Source of the DNA: Lepidodermella squamata
Lineage: Eukaryota; Animalia; Gastrotricha
Assembly (NCBI GenBank): GCA_047495785.1
Contig: JBLDXI010000017.1
Location: 124,001-188,000, forward strand
Reading direction: 5' to 3'
Length of the DNA stretch: 64,000 bases
The notes below the pieces were generated by a model. The model saw nothing but the letters and a program-made list of their open reading frames with translations, searched no databases and was not told the DNA's origin. The translations under genes were made by a program, and so were the position numbers. Every line of letters begins with the position of its first letter. Position 1 is the stretch's first letter. Of the stretch, positions 62,094-64,000 are shown piece after piece.

Positions 62094-62235
62094 TTTTATT
62101 CAAACGCGGAAAAGCCACCAAAGTTCAGTTGATATGCAATGAAAAATCGAAAATCATGATGTTGTAAGGCAAACAAACAATTAAATCCGTGTCTTTTTGG
62201 GAAAAATGTAATTGAAATATGGGCCTTCAAAAGGA

Positions 62236-63543
62236 TTATGAAGAATATGCAGCTAAACAGAAAATTGTTACCACAAAAATAATGTTAACCAGGAAAAAAA
62301 TGAAGAAGAAAGTTATATCGAGAACGATTATCAGTCTGATTTTACCTTTCCTGAACCTCATCACTTTCTCAGCCCATCCAAAGCCATCACACAAGCACAA
62401 GGTGATCAACGAGTAGATCGTGCACATCATCCCCGAAATGACTTGGAACGTCATGAATACGATGGCATAACACACATCTGATGAAACTGGCAGTGTACTG
62501 CTGACAGAGGAGTACAATACAGCCTGAGCTAGCACAACTGTTATGCAGTAGACAGACCTATCAGGATGGCTAGGTGACATCATGCAGCATCCTAAAAGCA
62601 GAATTGACATGCATAGGCTCGGTAAGAATATCGACAACAAGAAAATCCCCGCTTTGCGCTTGAAGCGAAAATTGAATTGAACTTTGTCGTATTCGGGGTT
62701 AAGCACACTGGGAGTATTGTCATATAGTGTTATGTTTACAGAATAGTCAGAGCCCAGAAGTCTCCAGACCGAGTCGTGACTTACGAAGTTATTGTTTTCT
62801 GAACCAACGAGTTGACTAATGTCAGGATCTCGAACAAATCTGACATTTTTGATCGAGTACCAAGATTCAATGACAATTAAACACGTCTGCTCGTCGAAGG
62901 GGAATTTCTTCAAACTATTAGGAAATCTTGAATTATGAAATTTCTTAATCCGTCTGATATCTTACTTTAATGGGCAGAAGGATTTGAAGTTGTAAATAGT
63001 AGGAATTAACATGATTCCGCTTGGGTACAGGTAAACTAGGCCATAATTTTCCCGGTAGTCATTCAGTGCGTTCACATCATCAAGAGCATTTGGCTGCGTG
63101 AATTTTGGTTTCCAAACTTCCGAAGCCTTAAATTCGAGGGCTGCGATGCCATTTTCAGACTTGTTCCATTTGGCACAAGGGTGACTCCAGGCAATGTCAA
63201 GCTCGGCGTGAAGTGAAAACCTTTGTATTTTAATAATAGGAGAAAACGTTTAGAATTTCTTAACTCACTTCTGATCATGATCGGTAATTTCCTGAAATCG
63301 TATTGGCATTAGTGTTACGGTGACATTCATTACATCAGAGGCTCGAAGAACTGGCCTCTCTAGAGATAGCACGTTACAGCGAGCTATTATATCTCTCTTA
63401 AAGACAGCTGTAGGGGGTACAAATTCGGCTTGAAGGTCATCACATGTGATCAAGTTCCAAAACATCGTGAACATCGTAGAGGCAAGGATCGTTTGGCTAT
63501 GCATTCCAACCCTAGCCTTAGAAAAATCATATAGCAACATCAT
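62236..63543 (-). CDS. Divergent Cys-loop ligand-gated ion channel subunit (array gene 2; two introns; start ATG uncertain)
   Basis: ERPV..MNVTV, VWKPKF, CPL|NLKKFPFDEQTC, FKRK, four TM segments. Splice joins keep frame. Confidence 0.9.
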
Positions 63544-63751
63544 CCTAAATGAAAATCCCTGCTATGATTTTCTGAGTTCATGTCTGGGATTTGAGCTGTT
63601 TGTCAACGTGTTCAAGGTCGAGCGAGCTCGGAAAAGTCTGGAATTTAATTTACGGCAGCATATTTGTGTGTATATTGCAATAGCAATAACTGAAAAGTGG
63701 GGAAAACAAAATACTTCATCCACAACACATAGTCTTTATTAAAAAATTGAA

Positions 63752-64000
63752 TCAATAAGCAGCTAACATGAAAATCACTAGATCAGATAGGAAATTCGCA
63801 AAGAAGAAAAACACGAAGAAAACAACGTCGACCAACCGAACCAGTCCAATTTCGAAAAATAATATTTTGAAGCGTAATTTTTGAACGCGTTCAACGCCGC
63901 TCAGAAATAATGCGATAAGGGTGTAGATTGTGCAAATTACTGCAGAAATCAGCTGAAAAGTCATGAAAATTAACGCGTAACAAACGTCGGCCGATTCCGG
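63752..64000 (-). CDS. 3' end (M3-M4) of another paralogous Cys-loop channel gene, truncated by the window edge (array gene 1)
   Basis: PESADVCYALIFMTFQLISAVICTIYTLIAL..LVRLVDVVFF matches M3/M4 of genes 2 and 3. Confidence 0.85.
   Translation of the reverse strand, partial: PESADVCYALIFMTFQLISAVICTIYTLIALFLSGVERVQKLRFKILFFEIGLVRLVDVVFFVFFFFANFLSDLVIFMLAAY

Noticed and set aside
1-64000. CRISPR arrays, rRNA or bacterial defence systems
   Set aside because: No repeat-spacer arrays or rRNA-like sequence. The genes are spliced metazoan genes.

Overview
Eukaryotic (invertebrate animal) genomic DNA with short (~50-60 nt) GT-AG introns and very tight gene packing; there is no sign of prokaryotic organisation. 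1-8 kb and 12.4-17.1 kb are mostly transposon-derived. They hold nested TIR elements, an apparently identical 2524-bp-period tandem duplication, TA-flanked MITEs and a decayed transposase. Genes I can support: a secreted astacin-EGF-CUB-kringle protein whose zinc-binding motif is lost; an intronless conserved unknown protein 130 bp upstream of CFAP36; two paralogous 8-Cys secreted prepropeptides; Smaug/SAMD4 with a spliced upstream ORF that overlaps its start in another frame; two tandem ~110-aa orphan paralogs; GM130/GOLGA2; PCMTD1; atlastin; a large unknown multi-exon gene; and a head-to-tail array of at least five divergent Cys-loop ligand-gated ion channel genes separated by as little as 32 bp, one of them frameshifted. 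The best candidates for new biology are the Smaug overlapping uORF, the C-CC-CC-C-C-C peptide family, and the operon-like channel array with a hybrid P-D-R selectivity motif. Exon boundaries were read by eye. Family assignments rest on recalled motifs, not database searches.
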